Shown: piece by piece, positions 13,981-28,135 of the stretch
How positions within the stretch are numbered: the first letter of the stretch is position 1
Layout: the number at the start of each line of letters is the position of its first letter
Source of the DNA: Phoronis australis
Lineage: Eukaryota; Animalia; Phoronida
Direction of reading: 5' to 3'
DNA length: 64,000 nucleotides
Assembly: GCA_002633005.1 (NCBI GenBank)
Contig: NMRA01000059.1
Span: forward strand, 423,883-487,882
Program-made: the position numbers and the translations under genes
The notes under the pieces: model-generated
Databases searched by the model: none
Seen by the model: only the letters and a program-made list of their open reading frames with translations
What the model was told of the DNA's origin: nothing

Positions 13981-16900
13981 AACTCACACCTGTTCTCATT
14001 TACTACTAAAGTATGCCTGACTAATGAAACTTAGTATGTTTTCCATGAAAGATATGTAAACATCAAATTAAAATTCTTTTTGATATTCAAATTTTGTACC
14101 ACATCTACTGTCGGACAATTTTTGAATAACACGTCCATTTATTAATAAGATCATGCTAGAAACTCTTGAAAATTGAAAAATAACATTTTTAGCTATTATT
14201 TTTGTCCAGAATTGTAAGATTTTACAGCAGTTGATTAGCTCAAATGTAACGAAATTTTTTACCCCCATTGGTCACTGCTCTTTTGTTTTTGGCAACGTTT
14301 TCATCAGAAAGTTTTTCCTTTAATTTCCCACAAAGTTACGCAATTTCAATAAGAAGTTACCCGGTAATCCTTTTCTTGAAAACTTTGAATGCATACACCT
14401 TCTTGAAATACTACTGTACAGAGGTATGAATGTGTTTTCTTGTGGCCCGGTGTGTACATGCAAGATTTTCTGTTTTATGAGCTGTTCACTCTGAACATGT
14501 ACATGATAGTAGCATATTGTGAACTGTTCATTATGGATATATATGTATATAAAGACAATAATTTCTGGTAAACTGTTTTTGGTGAAGCTGATACTGGCAT
14601 ACTGGCATATTTCTAAAAGTTGTGAATAACATGGGTATTGACTCACTGATAACCAGTTACTATTATGGACAATTTTTTGTTACATTTTTTGTATGAACAT
14701 TGTTATGAAGTGAGTCATTAGATACCACGCTAACCAAAAATACAGTAACTCCCCACCTAACAAATTTGATTACAAGTTTTTCACTATTTGAACCAATGCC
14801 CTTACTTACAAAAGTTATTGAATAACTATTTTTAATTAACAATAATTTTATTTAATAGTTGATTCTTTCACCTGTTAAGTAAATGGTCCATCTCTTGCTT
14901 GTGCAGCTGAATGATTGTATCTTAAGTCGCTGAGGAGGCATGTATGTTGAATTGTTATATTGTTTAAGTTTGTCTTTTTATTGAATTTACTATTTTTACG
15001 TGCCTACATGGTTATTTGAGTAGGAAGCAATAGACCCGTCCATTCCGACTGCAGTAGCGCCCTCTTCACACGTTCCACTTTTGCCCATGATTGTGGTCAG
15101 AGTGGCTTGACAAAACATCAGGAAGGTATTAGTTATGCTGCTAGTCAATAGGGGGCAGCTTTTGTTGTTTAATTGTAAATATGCTATTTTGGCAAGGAGA
15201 TGGTCTGGTTCATTTTATGGCTCAGGCTGTCCCATTACAGTCGACAGCCATTGATCATTTGGTTGACGGAAATCTTATTGGAATGATACAAACATCAATA
15301 AAAACATGCTGGGCTTTTTTCTGTAGTGTACCAGAGATCTGTCTTTGGTTGATTTTTTCTCATTTTCTGCAGAGATGTATGTTGTGCTACAATATAAATA
15401 TTGTCAGCTGTGTATTTCATTGAAATCTCTGCTTGACTTGTATCCTTAAATAGTCTGGTCCCCGTGTGTGGTGCTGTGCTTTCAGTGCAGTTCTAAAACT
15501 TTGTGTTGCTCTAGTCTATGATGAGGGCCACGTCTGTGTCTAATTCTTCCCAGCAATATTAAAAACAAGAGCTGGCTGCATTCTGTAAAGCAAAGTTCTT
15601 GCAATAGAAGCGAGATGACGTGAGAGATTGCAAAATGTCACGAATGAAGAGAGAGTGTTTCACAAGTAGGCTCGGGAATGCTTACTCGCATACTTTAGGA
15701 AAATGGCTGCCAGTGAAAAAAATGTCGGATTCAACTGTAAATAATATGGCGATTTCCATTCCATAAGTCGTGATTTCTTACGTTAATTGCGTGTCTCACG
15801 AGTGTCTTGTGGTTACCAAACGCAGCCGGGGCGAGGGGGGGGCGTGAGATATTGCTGTTGGTATAGTATGGCTTTTGTAACGCATTGAATTGTGAGACAG
15901 TGCTTGTGCACCGTAAGTCAGCACTCTCCAGTCACTTTGTGTTAACCTATTTCCTAGTGTTTAGTAAGGTTGTCATCTTACTTAAGGAGCACGAACAAGA
16001 TCTTGCATTTTTCACCAAATTCACAGGATGATCTTTGTTTTGTTTAACGCTGTTTCCAGCCAAAGACCATCAAATTTTCTCGAGACTTGACTCAAAAACT
16101 GACGAATCACATGCCAGGGTTTGAGGAAATTTTCCAATTTCATGTAATAGGATCCGTGAGTTTGTTAGTCACATCTTGAGTAGCGGTCATGGTCCCAAGG
16201 TCTAATCTCTCAAACTTAATTTTCTGTTCTTCTTTATTAGGAATTGAAAACTAATGTCTATGATAGCATGCTTGAGTGAACCGCGGTTTACATACAGATG
16301 AGTTTCTAGTCCATGTTTGCACTTTATGTCCCTCAGATATTCGTGCTAAAGTCGAACAGAAAATGTCGATTTCGAGTTCACAGATTAGACCTCGGGCTCT
16401 TATGTTTATTTAAAATGGCCATACGTCACGAAAATCAAAACAATTTTTGATTTAAACTACTTGTTGTTATGAAATTGGTCTCAAATTGTTCTTCAGTTAA
16501 ACTAAACTGGAAGTGATTTCAGCTCTTGCAGAAACCTGACAGTTCTTTGTTTCTTTAGACCAGATTCTATAAGTTGACGTGTCATTTTATTTGTTGAGCA
16601 AGGTTTTGAGCAATAATGATCAGTCACTATTTTTCAAAACCAATTTTCGTCTGAGTAAGGAACGAGTTGAGATAAACTGTGGTGAGTGGTTTAAATCAGA
16701 AGTTTCTTCTACAGAATTAGCTTTAAAACTGTGTCATGCTGGTCAGACAACTATATATTTTTATTTTTATAATTATTATAATAGAATAATTTAAAAGTAG
16801 TTTATTTATAATACTCAGAGTATAACGATAACAATTAAAATTTTGTAATACTTTTGTAACGTTTACTAAAATCCTGTATCATATTCAGAAATTGGTTGTC

Positions 16901-17684
16901 GCCATGATTATAGTTGCAGCCTAGGTGATTGTATTTTTACCTTTTCAAATTCACTGAAATGTGTCAGTTTTATTTTTGTGAGAGTGCAATTACCCTAGTA
17001 TATATTTTCCTGTTTTATTAAGTGCGTATCGTTAAGTTCTTCAGTTTTGTACAGTATAGCGGAAGCGAAGAATTTCATTCTGCGACATCTCTCAACAGGA
17101 AGACTATTAAAATTTTTACTTCATTATTAGTCAAGTCTAGTTTCAGGCTCTGCTGATACAACTTTTGAGAAATAGGACAAATACCAAAACTGAACGTGTG
17201 CTAGTCTTCAGAATCAAGAAAATAACATAATTTCAGCTTGAACTTCAGGAGCCCAAATTTTGTGCTGTCCCAAACTGGAGAATTTTCACTATTCAGAATG
17301 TATATGTTCACATTCCATAAACCATTGTTTGTGTTCAAGTTAAGAATGCAATTTGGACATGTTTTTGTGGTTGTTTGATAATAAATTTACACAGAAAAGG
17401 CCTTGTTATAACTTTACTCAGAAGATGTCACAACTTTCTTGATCTTTGTTTAACGATGAGTAGACATGGGCTTTTTTATGCGGAAAAAGGGCAAAGGCTA
17501 GTGAAACAATTGAGCATTGGCCAGGGTGTAAGGGTTAGGAACCGAAATGGCAGTTACGTATTCACCATGTGATGTAAACAAAGTACGGAGTCTCTAGAGA
17601 AAAACAACATCTTAATTTCTTTCCCAGTTAGTCAAATGATGTCATGAAGAGTAGCACAGAAGGAGAAACATAAAAGTCAAATAA

Positions 17685-17917
17685 GGGTCCCTTTCATGAC
17701 GAGTGATTTCAGAATGAAATTTGGTCTTGCGTTGCGCACTATAATTCAACCTTAGTCTCTGAGAATATAACATTACTGCTAGTTATTAAGAAAAATCCTA
17801 CAAAATTATTTCTAGACAGTGATGCACACATAATTGCTTTATTTTAGCAACTATGAAGTCGGGGCTTAAGGCGGAATTTCTGTCTTAAATCATGAGTCAC
17901 TTTCATGAATCGGGCTC
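17685..17917. mobile_element. Short degenerate MITE (Harbinger-like termini)
   Basis: Left gggtccctttcatgacgagtgatttca versus right tcactttcatgaatcgggctc form an imperfect inverted repeat. Confidence 0.45.
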
Positions 17918-19794
17918 GATAAAAACGAGCACAATTTCTCCCTTTCCTGCAATTACAGGATTTCATATTCACCCATTCCTTTCTGTCTAACACTAGCTTA
18001 AAATACCATTTGTCCTCCATCACACCATCAACTGTTTAAAATTTGTCTTTTTCCTCAACATTTGCAATGTTTAGCACTTGATGAAGAAATCACATCAGTT
18101 TTCACTAGTAATTTATTGTGTAAATTTAACATTTTTCACAGTAACAAGGCATAAAGGAAATATCCGTTAAATAAATATTAAGCTTGTTACAGTTGGTAAA
18201 ATCCTTAATCAAACAAGACAAAGGTATATATTAAGCTCATTATCTCTCAACACGCCCCTTCACAAAAGCTCTAACTGTTGTCCACTTCTGAGACTAGTTC
18301 CTCAATGGCTACTTTTCATTTATACACAATGCCAGCCAGTCACCTGAATACAGATGTGGTGATACTTCACAGTAAGAGGCGAAGAGGCTAACGTTAACCT
18401 ATTAACTAAAGCACGTTCGTTGCATTAACAAAGATGTTACAATACGGAGTGGAGAGCAACAGTCCTGAACTAACTAAGTTCACAAAACGCAAACTTTCTG
18501 TTCAATCACAAGCAGCTCTCAGAGCAAAGTTGACAAAATTTCTTCTTGAATACCACAAAAAATTGAAGCAAAATATACCAACCAATTTTCCAATAATTGA
18601 GAGCAAATTTTCGTCATTACACCAAACGAAGCAGACAATCTTTGACGAAATCTCTCAGTTGAAATTTTCAGGGTTACTTTCTGTTGATACACATCAGCGA
18701 TAGCATTCTACTTGATCATCAACTGTAGATCACACGATGTCAATTCCATGTTTGTTACAACTAAATCATTGCCTAACAACAGACTTGGCACCTGACTTTA
18801 TGACACAACGGTCCAAAACCACAGAAGCACCAATATATTCCTATTGCATACAGTTTACCCTTCGCCACCTTAAACAACGAATACACAAGTCAATTGAATC
18901 TTAACTACCAATGGGTTCGCGTAGAGGACTAATCAGAAAGTCAACCGGACATAAAATTTCAACAAAACAGTAGAGGTCAATTCATTCAAATCCTCCTAAA
19001 TAACTCCTTCATTTAAAGTTAAAGTTTCACACAGTGGTGACCAACGAAATATGTCTTACACATTAACTCTGTCACACTTATGGAACAGTGTTCTGACCTC
19101 AATGCCGCGCCGTCTGGTTAAAACGCCACCTATTAGCCAGAACAATAATAACATCACTAGCCAAGCTGAAGTCCATAAGAGACAGACACAATGTCGCTAA
19201 CTCAAGTAGGTAAATTCCAGTATTAGATTCAATTTTCTGCACTTTCTTCACTTTTAAGGTTGTACTGCGTTCGGAATAAAGCTAATTTATCTTAGTTTGA
19301 AGTAAGACTCTTTTGAACCACCTATGTAGCACTTACTATAAGCTTTCAACAGAAGTTTTTCAGAATAGGCAAAATGTAGATTTACTGTGCTATCACTGGT
19401 GTTTGTGTGTGTCAAATTAAGCCAGTCTCTGTGTTTCATACAAAACAGGCTCAAACAGCAATTACTACAAGCTGCAATATTGCTATAAAATTAACCTTGC
19501 AATGAGACATTTGAGTATTTAATGCACCTTGAAACCATCATTCAATTGTGCACCTTTTGAGTATAAACCCCTGGTGAAAAATAACAGCATTGTAGCTGCA
19601 ACACATGTATTTTTTGATCCAAAGTTTAAAGCTGCCTAGAAACCGCTTTGCTGTAAAAGAACACGTTTTAATTTAGACAGCAACGCGGGTTATTGCTCGA
19701 GTCGATGCTTGACACATCAAATGGCCCACCACAATAAACAAACATGTTAATCCTAAATCGATGTATGTTATGACCCATTCAGTATGAGTACAAC

Positions 19795-19990
19795 ATGTAA
19801 AAAAGTACGAGAAATTCCTGAACGTACCTGAGATGAAATGTCAATGTTTTGTAAGCGTCTGCTGTCTTTTTCAAGCCTGTGCGACCTAATCCACCAGAGG
19901 TTACACAGGCTTGAATAAGCCAGCAGGCGCTGGCGAAACGTTGCCATTTCATCTCAAGTAAGTTCGGAAATGACTCGTAATTTTCTGCAT
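19795..19990. repeat. ~93-bp-arm imperfect hairpin / palindromic element downstream of the STIMATE stop
   Basis: 19795-19887 matches the reverse complement of 19898-19990, with a 10-nt loop. Confidence 0.85.
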
Positions 19991-20589
19991 ATCATGTTAA
20001 CCCTGACTTCAAACAGTAACGAACTGAAAGCCCAGAAATCTCCTTAGTCTAGTCTTAGAACAAACTGTGATCAATCGCATAACTATAGGGGTTTAAATCA
20101 AGAGTTTTTGACAGATAACAGCTTTACTGCAGCTGAGCTAACTCCTATCATTTAGACAAAATGTTGCACTGCATGTGTATAAAAACTACGTATTACTAAG
20201 AAACAAGTGTCGACATTTGAGAAATCCCTTACACTTAGGATAATATTAGTACAAATCTGAAGTGAGTGTTGAACAGGGACTTGTTTCTCGAAGAGACTAT
20301 TGGCTTTTGTCTTTAGCCAAAAGTAGGAAATCTGACTACGAATAGCCAAAAGTTGATTATTTGGATTCTGTGTTTCTCAAAATGTCTTCTGTCAAGTTGA
20401 ACAAGGTACGAATTTCTGTCTTTTAACTTTGAGTTGTGGACAAATTTTCTGCCTTCGCTTGTTTTTGTCAAATGATTTTTAGCCGAACATCACAGTATAA
20501 GAGCCTCAATGACAGGCCCCAGGTGTGAAGTCTGTGTGTGGTCCCATTCTCTGCTGAAGTCTTGAGAGACGAGCCTGGTTGAGTGCCCT

Positions 20590-23500
20590 CTAGTGTGCAT
20601 CTCCAGTCAGTAGTCTGTGGTATGTGCGTCCATTAGAATCTGTCGCACTGGCAGGTTTATGCTCAGAGTCCTCATCCACTGACAACAAATTATCAGATTC
20701 AGAATCAGGATGATCTGTATAGTAGCGCACCCTGTTGGTGCTGGGTGAGTAGCCCACTGATGTGTTTAGGATGGGGTTAGTGACCCCTGACCTCCACTTA
20801 AAATGTTTATGCATCAGGAAGTTATCAACTACCCAGAACATGATGATCTGAAAAGAATAACAAGAGTGTTAATTAAGACAGGCACTTAATTCCCTCATGT
20901 ATTTCAGACAAAAAATTGCCAAAATTGAATTTTTCAAAGATTGATTACTTTGCTACGAATAGTAGAAACCTTTATGAACAAATGTTGTTATATGACAAGC
21001 ACACAGTACAAACTATGCTAGTTTTAGACTTCATTTTCTTTTGTCTTTATTTTTGTGAAGAAACGCAACAAAATCGAATTTCTCTTGCTGGCCACATTGT
21101 GTAGTGAATAAGTGAAGAATTTTCATAACTACCCTGAAATTTCCTCAATTCAGAATAAAACGTGACAGAAAAGTGTGATTCGATTTCTTCAAGTTTAATG
21201 ATAAAATGCAGAAAAGCTTAGTTCATTGTTGGCAAAATTTTGTACTGTACAGACATCCTCATAAAACACACAGTATCATTTTGAACACCTGAAGCAAGGT
21301 AGAAAGCCTTTCTAAAAGTGAAAAAAAAACTACGAATTATGACCACACTATTTGGGTGAATGAACGGAACTTCGTCGGAGTATCGACAGCAGAGGATGCT
21401 CACAGGAAACCCCATTTCTTATTATATAAAACAGCAGCAATTTAAACCATCATACCAAAACAGATCTACGCACAATGATACTAGTCACATAACTGCCTTG
21501 ATAATTCATATCACTAGGAGACTTCATAATGCTCAGGTTGACGCATGCTAAGATTACTATCTACGTACCTTATTTGAGCTTTAAAATAAATGTTGATACC
21601 AATTTATTAATTAAATTACGACTAATTAAAGTGATATGTTGAGGAAAACAGCCGAGTACTGCCCTTAACAATTGGCAGAAGAGCTAGTCAGTGTGTGTAC
21701 TTACATTGACAACAAGAGGAACTATAAACATCACTATGACAACCTCTACATGTGGGTCCTTAATAGGTGACATCAAGAATTGTCGCACCTGTAACAAGGT
21801 CAAGGTCAAAATTACAGTTTCTCACATACAAGGGCGTTGCCATCCCTCGCATGGTCATGTTGAATTTGTTGACTGATGGTCACAGAAATTCATTACACTT
21901 ACTAGACAAACAATATGTCCACATTTTTTTACGTTATGCCAAAACACCGCAGGACTTAAAATAACCAATGACAAAAAAGGGGAAAACTTTCCAAGTGATG
22001 TATTGTTCCACAAATAAATAGGCTTGTGTGATAGAAATATGTTTGTGTCGTAAAATTCATCCGAAATAAATGTTTTTGCAAGAATAATGACAACAAAGAG
22101 ACGAAAAAAGAGGAAACTAAATCAAATAGGAGAAAATCGAAACTAAAAAAAGAGGAAGTCCTTTCCAAAGAGGAAAACTCCAAGCCCTGACACCCATGAC
22201 CTCAACTGTAGTATATGGTGTCATGGTAGACTACTTACATCTCGCCAGAATGGAAACATCACGATAAGTGTAGTGAGAATCTTTTCAAACATCATCACAA
22301 CGATATACAGACCACACTGTCCTACCCACGCACTGCACTGGGCGGGTTTGCCTGCAAAGGACAAAAAGAGCAAGTTAATATACAGACCAGTCTGTCCTAA
22401 GCAGGCCCTGCACTCGATTGGCTTGCCTACAAGTAATCAGACGAAGTGTAAGCTGTTGCGTAGTGGATCACAAAACCGGCATGAAGTTGGTTCAAATGTG
22501 ACCACACGATTCTTTTGTCCAAAGCAAAAATAAGCCCAACATTGACAGCAGGGGTGCCATTGCACAGAGATGGAATTCTTAATTTGCAGCATAGAAAACA
22601 CATTACGAAATCACTCTATTGCTAGATTTACCCAGTTTATAAACCTGACACTTTCTAAAGAAATAATATTTTTTTATGTTGAAGCTACAAAAAGATAGAT
22701 TTAAGATACATTTTTGATAACACTACAAATAGATACACTTTGATTTGAATTTTTTTCATTTTATGTCTCACAATTCCCCAGTGGGACTGCTGTGACTCAC
22801 CATACTCCCCAAATACCAATGAGGTCCAGCCCCTTCTCTTCACAATCACCTGAGTCAGTTTCAGACCAATGTATATAATGACCAGTCCCACAGTGGAGTC
22901 CAGTAGAAAGCTGATCATGTACCTAGAAGTAACCAGTAAACAATGACTCACCTGATGAAACAGGACACGAATTTGAAAGGAGACTTAATCCAACCATGCA
23001 ACTTAATGTGTTGACAGGTGGCCCAAACTTGGGTTTCGTATCAGTAGAGAGAGTTTCTGACGAGGTCCGTCAGAAAAACAAGTGAAAGGTGAGTGTTACC
23101 TTACCTAGAATATACCGCAGATAGACAGTAACCGAAATGATTGGTCAATAAAACTGGAATCTTGAATTATTAGAAAAAGCTGCATTAAATTAAACATGCC
23201 ATTTCCAATCCCTAGCTGCAACTTGTATCTTCAGCCACAGAAAAACCTATGCTCATCGTTGGCCTTCAACAGCCCCAGGTTGACACTCATTTTAATATAG
23301 TGAATTTAACAAGTCGGCGGAGCTGCGAAGAGCTGTCAGAGCAGTGTATACATACCATGTGCAAGGGTCGCCCTGGAACATGTTGGCTAGAAAAATGTTA
23401 GCAAAATGTATAGCTGCAGCACCAAAGCCCTGCTTGGATGTGTCGAAGAACCTGTAATGAGTGTTGAATAACCCTTGTTAACAGATGGGGTCTACGAGCG

Positions 23501-25635
23501 TTACTGATATCTTTGTCATTAAGCTGATGCTCTAATCAATTAAAAGTTACGCAACTTTATTTTATTTAATAGCAATGAACATCAATAATCGAAAACCCAA
23601 CATATTCTACAACATGGCAAAGGCATGAAGCAACGAACAGAACTGGCAAAACTATAAAAAAATTACTAACAGTACTTTTCAAAAAGTTGCCGAATAACTT
23701 CTTTTAGAGCAATGTATAAAATTTTAAAGCAAAAATTTACAACAAATTTGGCTTCTTACTATACTGTTTTCTTTTAAGTGGCCACAAAGTTCTACATGTG
23801 CTCAGAAACAAACGACTCCCTACACTTAACAGTAATTTTTCACTTACTTCACACACAATATGGCCGACGAGTGAAATTTTTTCGTAAAATTCCTCCACAA
23901 AATCCAACATTAAGAAAATTATGCTAAATTATTAACGTGTTATGTACTGCGTGACATTTGGTAAAATTTCCATTGTTTCCAGCAAGGTTTTCACTTTAGA
24001 GAAAAGGAAAAATGACAAATTTTGGCAATTATTTTCGTGTGATTAAGTGGAGAGTTGCCATAGTATTGAAGCATATCTACACAAGTGCTGCATACCATAA
24101 CTTCCATGAGCGTCTTTCTACACGTGGTTCACAAAACCTTTTGGCTGAAAAGAAAGATAAGTAAACTACGTTTAGGGCAAAAAAGCATAAAATTATTTGG
24201 TTATGGTTTACCCTCAACTCCAAAAGAGAAAAATGTACGCCCGCATCATTTTTGTGTCAAAATTGTATTTTTTCAACTTTACGTAAAGTCATCAATGAAT
24301 GAGTGGCATAAAGGGTTGTCTTTAGTAGCGAGGTGAATAAAATGCGAGCCCCCCCGCCCCCCTCCTTCCCCGGTCAGTCGCAGAACATCCAATTACGTCT
24401 AAGTACCACTGATGGACCAGTTCAGGTGCTATTAGGTGAATTTTTGTTTTTGACAATATAAACTATCAAAATACACTTCATCACGGCATCATGCCCAAAA
24501 CACTCACAAACCAGAAACACATAATTATGATTTTTTGGTCTCGTTATGCTAATACCGAGCTCCCAATCGAACTTAACGAAAGTGCTGCATATGCCTCGCA
24601 ACACTAAAAACATAACTGCAGTTAAAATAAGACAACAGAATTCACAGTCTACGAGTAATCATATATAACATTATGTTCTTGACTAACAGTGTGTACGGTA
24701 AATGTGAAACAAAACATGCCCATGACTTAAGACTACCAGGCAATCAGACAATAGGAAGGGGCGACGACTCTCTGATTTTTCATTCTCATTAAAATACTGA
24801 CTAATCTCAACAGAGGAAGTCGTGTTCATGAGCAATTGAGAAGAAACCCAGTCTATAGTCTTGAGAGCAATATCTTGTCAATATAAGACAGCAAACTAAT
24901 GACATGCTTATTACCACAAGGTCTCTGAGGACCCACATTTAAGCATCTGATATTATAACTTAAACAAATGAGAAACATTAGAAACAAATTTAAAGTACCA
25001 GCATAAATCCAGGTTTCAAGCATTTCAAATCATGCTAAAAGGGATCATTGTCATTAACTAGTGTTAAAGTTGCTGCTCCCGAGACTAGCGAGAAAAACAG
25101 CTAAAAATTCAAATTAAGCCATTTTTTATTCAACAAGTACAAAAGCATCCCCAAAGCTGTGTGCTCCTTCATTCTCTAAAACAGCAAACAAAAACATTTA
25201 ATCGGAGTCCCCAGAAAACTCTAATCCTTAATTAAAAATGTTAAAGAATACCAGGTCAAGTGGCTTCGCGGATTTTTTGTTCCTAAACTAAAGATTTGTT
25301 TCGATGTAAAACAAATCAAATGAATTAGTAAAAATTGAAATTTAGCCATCTTATTTGTCAAACTCGGGTACATCAACTTTAAAAAATCCTTTCCTGGTAA
25401 TAAGTTGTACACATGAGTTACCAGGTAGTCAGCAGGCCATGGCTCAACTATACTTACCAATCAAAACAGTGAACGCTAGAAAAGCAAGGCACGCTTGAAC
25501 GAACAGACTCAGTGGACCCAACAGATCACCAGTCTTACAGTTCCCATGTTTAGACATTTGTCCAATAGTTATGTTAGCTGTTGTTATCACAAGATGGCGG
25601 GACTGTGAAGAGTTGTGTATAGTGGAAGGTAACAT
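20590..25635 (-). CDS. STIMATE: Store-operated calcium entry regulator STIMATE (TMEM110), 299 aa
   Basis: Exons 25635-25458, 24144-24096, 23451-23356, 22922-22801, 22351-22239, 21788-21705, 20847-20590 (900 nt, phases consistent). Peptides KRFCEPRVERRSWKLW, FFDTSKQ, DPCTWYMISFLLDSTVG, FGEYG, CSAWVGQCGLYI and MFWVVDNFLM match the TMEM110 family. Confidence 0.95.
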
Positions 25636-26823
25636 GACAATAGCACGCAGTCATGTGACAATTTTCAATAGCAGAAGCTGGACCCGACCTTTAGCTCCAT
25701 CTTGAGGTAAATATTGAAATCAAACTTGAAGTGAACTTTGATGTCAGCAACACACTCTTTGAAATTCCCAGTTGAATCTAAAACAAAACATGTAGAAATC
25801 AGACAGACTATTTTGCCAAAGAGACGGGAGCATATCTAAGATCAACGATTTTGAAGACATTTACCTTTTGGTACCTAACATGTGTGGTTAGGACACTACA
25901 TCAAATAATTTCATCAAATGTAACAAGTTGTTGGGTTTTTTGAATAAAATCAGTCTATGTCAATGAAAATGTTGACTAAAAATGGAATGAAAAGCAGAAT
26001 CATGACTGAAAATTTTGTATCTTTCAAAATCTCAAAAACAAAGTACAAAACTATAAGCAATCATGGCTTGATGCATTTTTTAGAAAAAAATATTAAGAAA
26101 ATTGTTCATTTCATAAAATGAATGATTTTTTAAATAAACATGAGTCACCAGAAATTCTATGCGGCAATGTAGAAAATTCCACATGCAGACGGCAAACCTG
26201 GACACTCAGCATGAGAGTTGAGTGTCCAACTGTTCGGCCAAGAGGCAACTGCCACTTGGCAAGTGATTTAGATAAGCAATTACACCTGCAAGTCAGGTCT
26301 CACAGCGACGCTATACATGCAGAGCTCAGAACAATCTATTTCCTCCCAGGCAGCCAGCTAGCTGCATGAAGACTAACGTCAAAATACAGTTAGGAACTGC
26401 TGCGATTTAACCGCACATTTCACACTACTAGGGTAGTTCTGCTTGTCAACTCGTCGTGAAACTTACATCAACAAGTAACACTAACCACCGTCGAGGGTGC
26501 ATTCGAACTCTGCGAGTCTAGCAACACTCAGCCTGCCCATAACAACCATTTCAGAGAAAAACAGTCCCAACAGACGTCATTTCTGTGCATAATTATCTGG
26601 CTTTTATCACGAAGAAAACCTGTTGTCGACTTGAAAACACCTGGGCTCATGACACGTGCTAATTTTTTGTGACAAGTTACGGGAGATGATGGTAGCTTCC
26701 CGATGAACATTTGGTTTTCTGATGTTAAACTACTAAAAACTTAAAATGTGAAATTAATTCCAATAATTTGTTGTGACACGTACCCAACCACGTGGAGTGG
26801 AAGGGGGGGGGGGGGGGAAAAAA

Positions 26824-26836
26824 NNNNNNNNNNNNN
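26824..26836. other. Short assembly gap between poly-G runs
   Basis: N characters. Confidence 1.
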
Positions 26837-27076
26837 GGGGGGGGGGGGGTAAAAAGAAACTGGCTAATTGATGACACTTTGTATTTCATAAATGTGAAAG
26901 TCAACGTATCTTACTACTCCAAAAATTTAGTAGCAGAATAGCAGTGGAGCGGAATTTTTTTCAGCACAGGTAACCAATTTAGTTCATCCAAGGAAGAGTG
27001 TAGTTTTAACAGTGTTAATTATGTTTCTGGTTTTATTAGCCACTTTTTAACATACATCAGTACAAAGCTGTATATA

Positions 27077-28135
27077 CCGTACTCGTCCGGGTTACCGCCC
27101 AGGGCGCTTAAATTGGGAATCTAAAAAAAACGGGGTGGGCAGTAACCCAAGCATGGGCAGTTAAATCAAAATTTTTGAAAAGTCGGAAGTGGGTGCTTGC
27201 TGCTCATAGGACCGATTTTACCCTTATGGAACTACACTGATGTCGGAGTTCAAGTATACCAGTTAAAATATACATAGGTAGATTGAAGTAACAAACTTCA
27301 ATGGCCTGAAGTGGAATAGCGCACACGCCAGTGGCGCCGTGATTGGGTTTTTACGTACCTCGGTCGCTGCTTGTCATGTCTTGGAACTAAGGTATTCTTA
27401 CAGATAGACGTGCCTTCAGTAGGCCAAGTTTCTTGAGAGAAAAGTAAGATCCATAGATGTGGATAGAATGTTCGACTTGCGCTTAACTACAAGTTGATTT
27501 CTGGCGCTGTTGCTTTTGGTTGGGCGCTTCCATTTTGGTGTCAGGAGTGAGTCATTAAAAACATGACACGGAACAATGGCCAGCATCTGCATGTATTCAA
27601 AATAATGCCTCCAAAATAATGTCGGTGGAGTTTCCAAAATCGTTGGTCATGTACCAGCCGAGTGTGGTGGTGTTTATTTATTTCATTGCACAGGGTGGTG
27701 ATGTTACGTGTACTGTCACGGGAAATCCAGAAAGGTAGGCCACGGACTTGAAATTCTTGTCAAATACCGCTTTGTTGGTTCTTCCACGGCAATGAAATAC
27801 ATTCGACAAGTGCTGTCTCAGTGATCAGTACATGCTGACACAAGTTACGCGCGTGAGCCATAGGAATTAATTGTGTCTCCTTCAGTTAAGAGCATGAGAA
27901 TACGGGTATTTTACTGCCATAGTAAGGCAAGTTCCCGGTTCCGCTAAAACTGATTGATTGTCATTGAAAGGTAAGCGAGTTGCGCATGTTTTGCGAGACG
28001 AAAGTTCACAAAAGCACACACAATTTTAAGGAGATCTCGATCATAAAAATGGGGATGGGTGGTAAGTCAAGCATGGGCGCTTAAATTTGAAAACTTGAAA
28101 ATTTCGGGGCTGGGTGGTAACCCAAACAAATACGG
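27077..28135. mobile_element. Non-autonomous Tc1/mariner (Tc2/pogo-type, CCGTA termini) element with a degenerate HIRAN-like coding fragment
   Basis: TA|ccgtactcgtccgggttaccgcccag ... ctgggtggtaacccaaacaaatacgg|TA. The interior (~27638-27780, +) reads IVGHVPAEC / FIAQGGDVTCTVTG / GHGLEILVKYRFVG across frameshifts. Confidence 0.75.
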
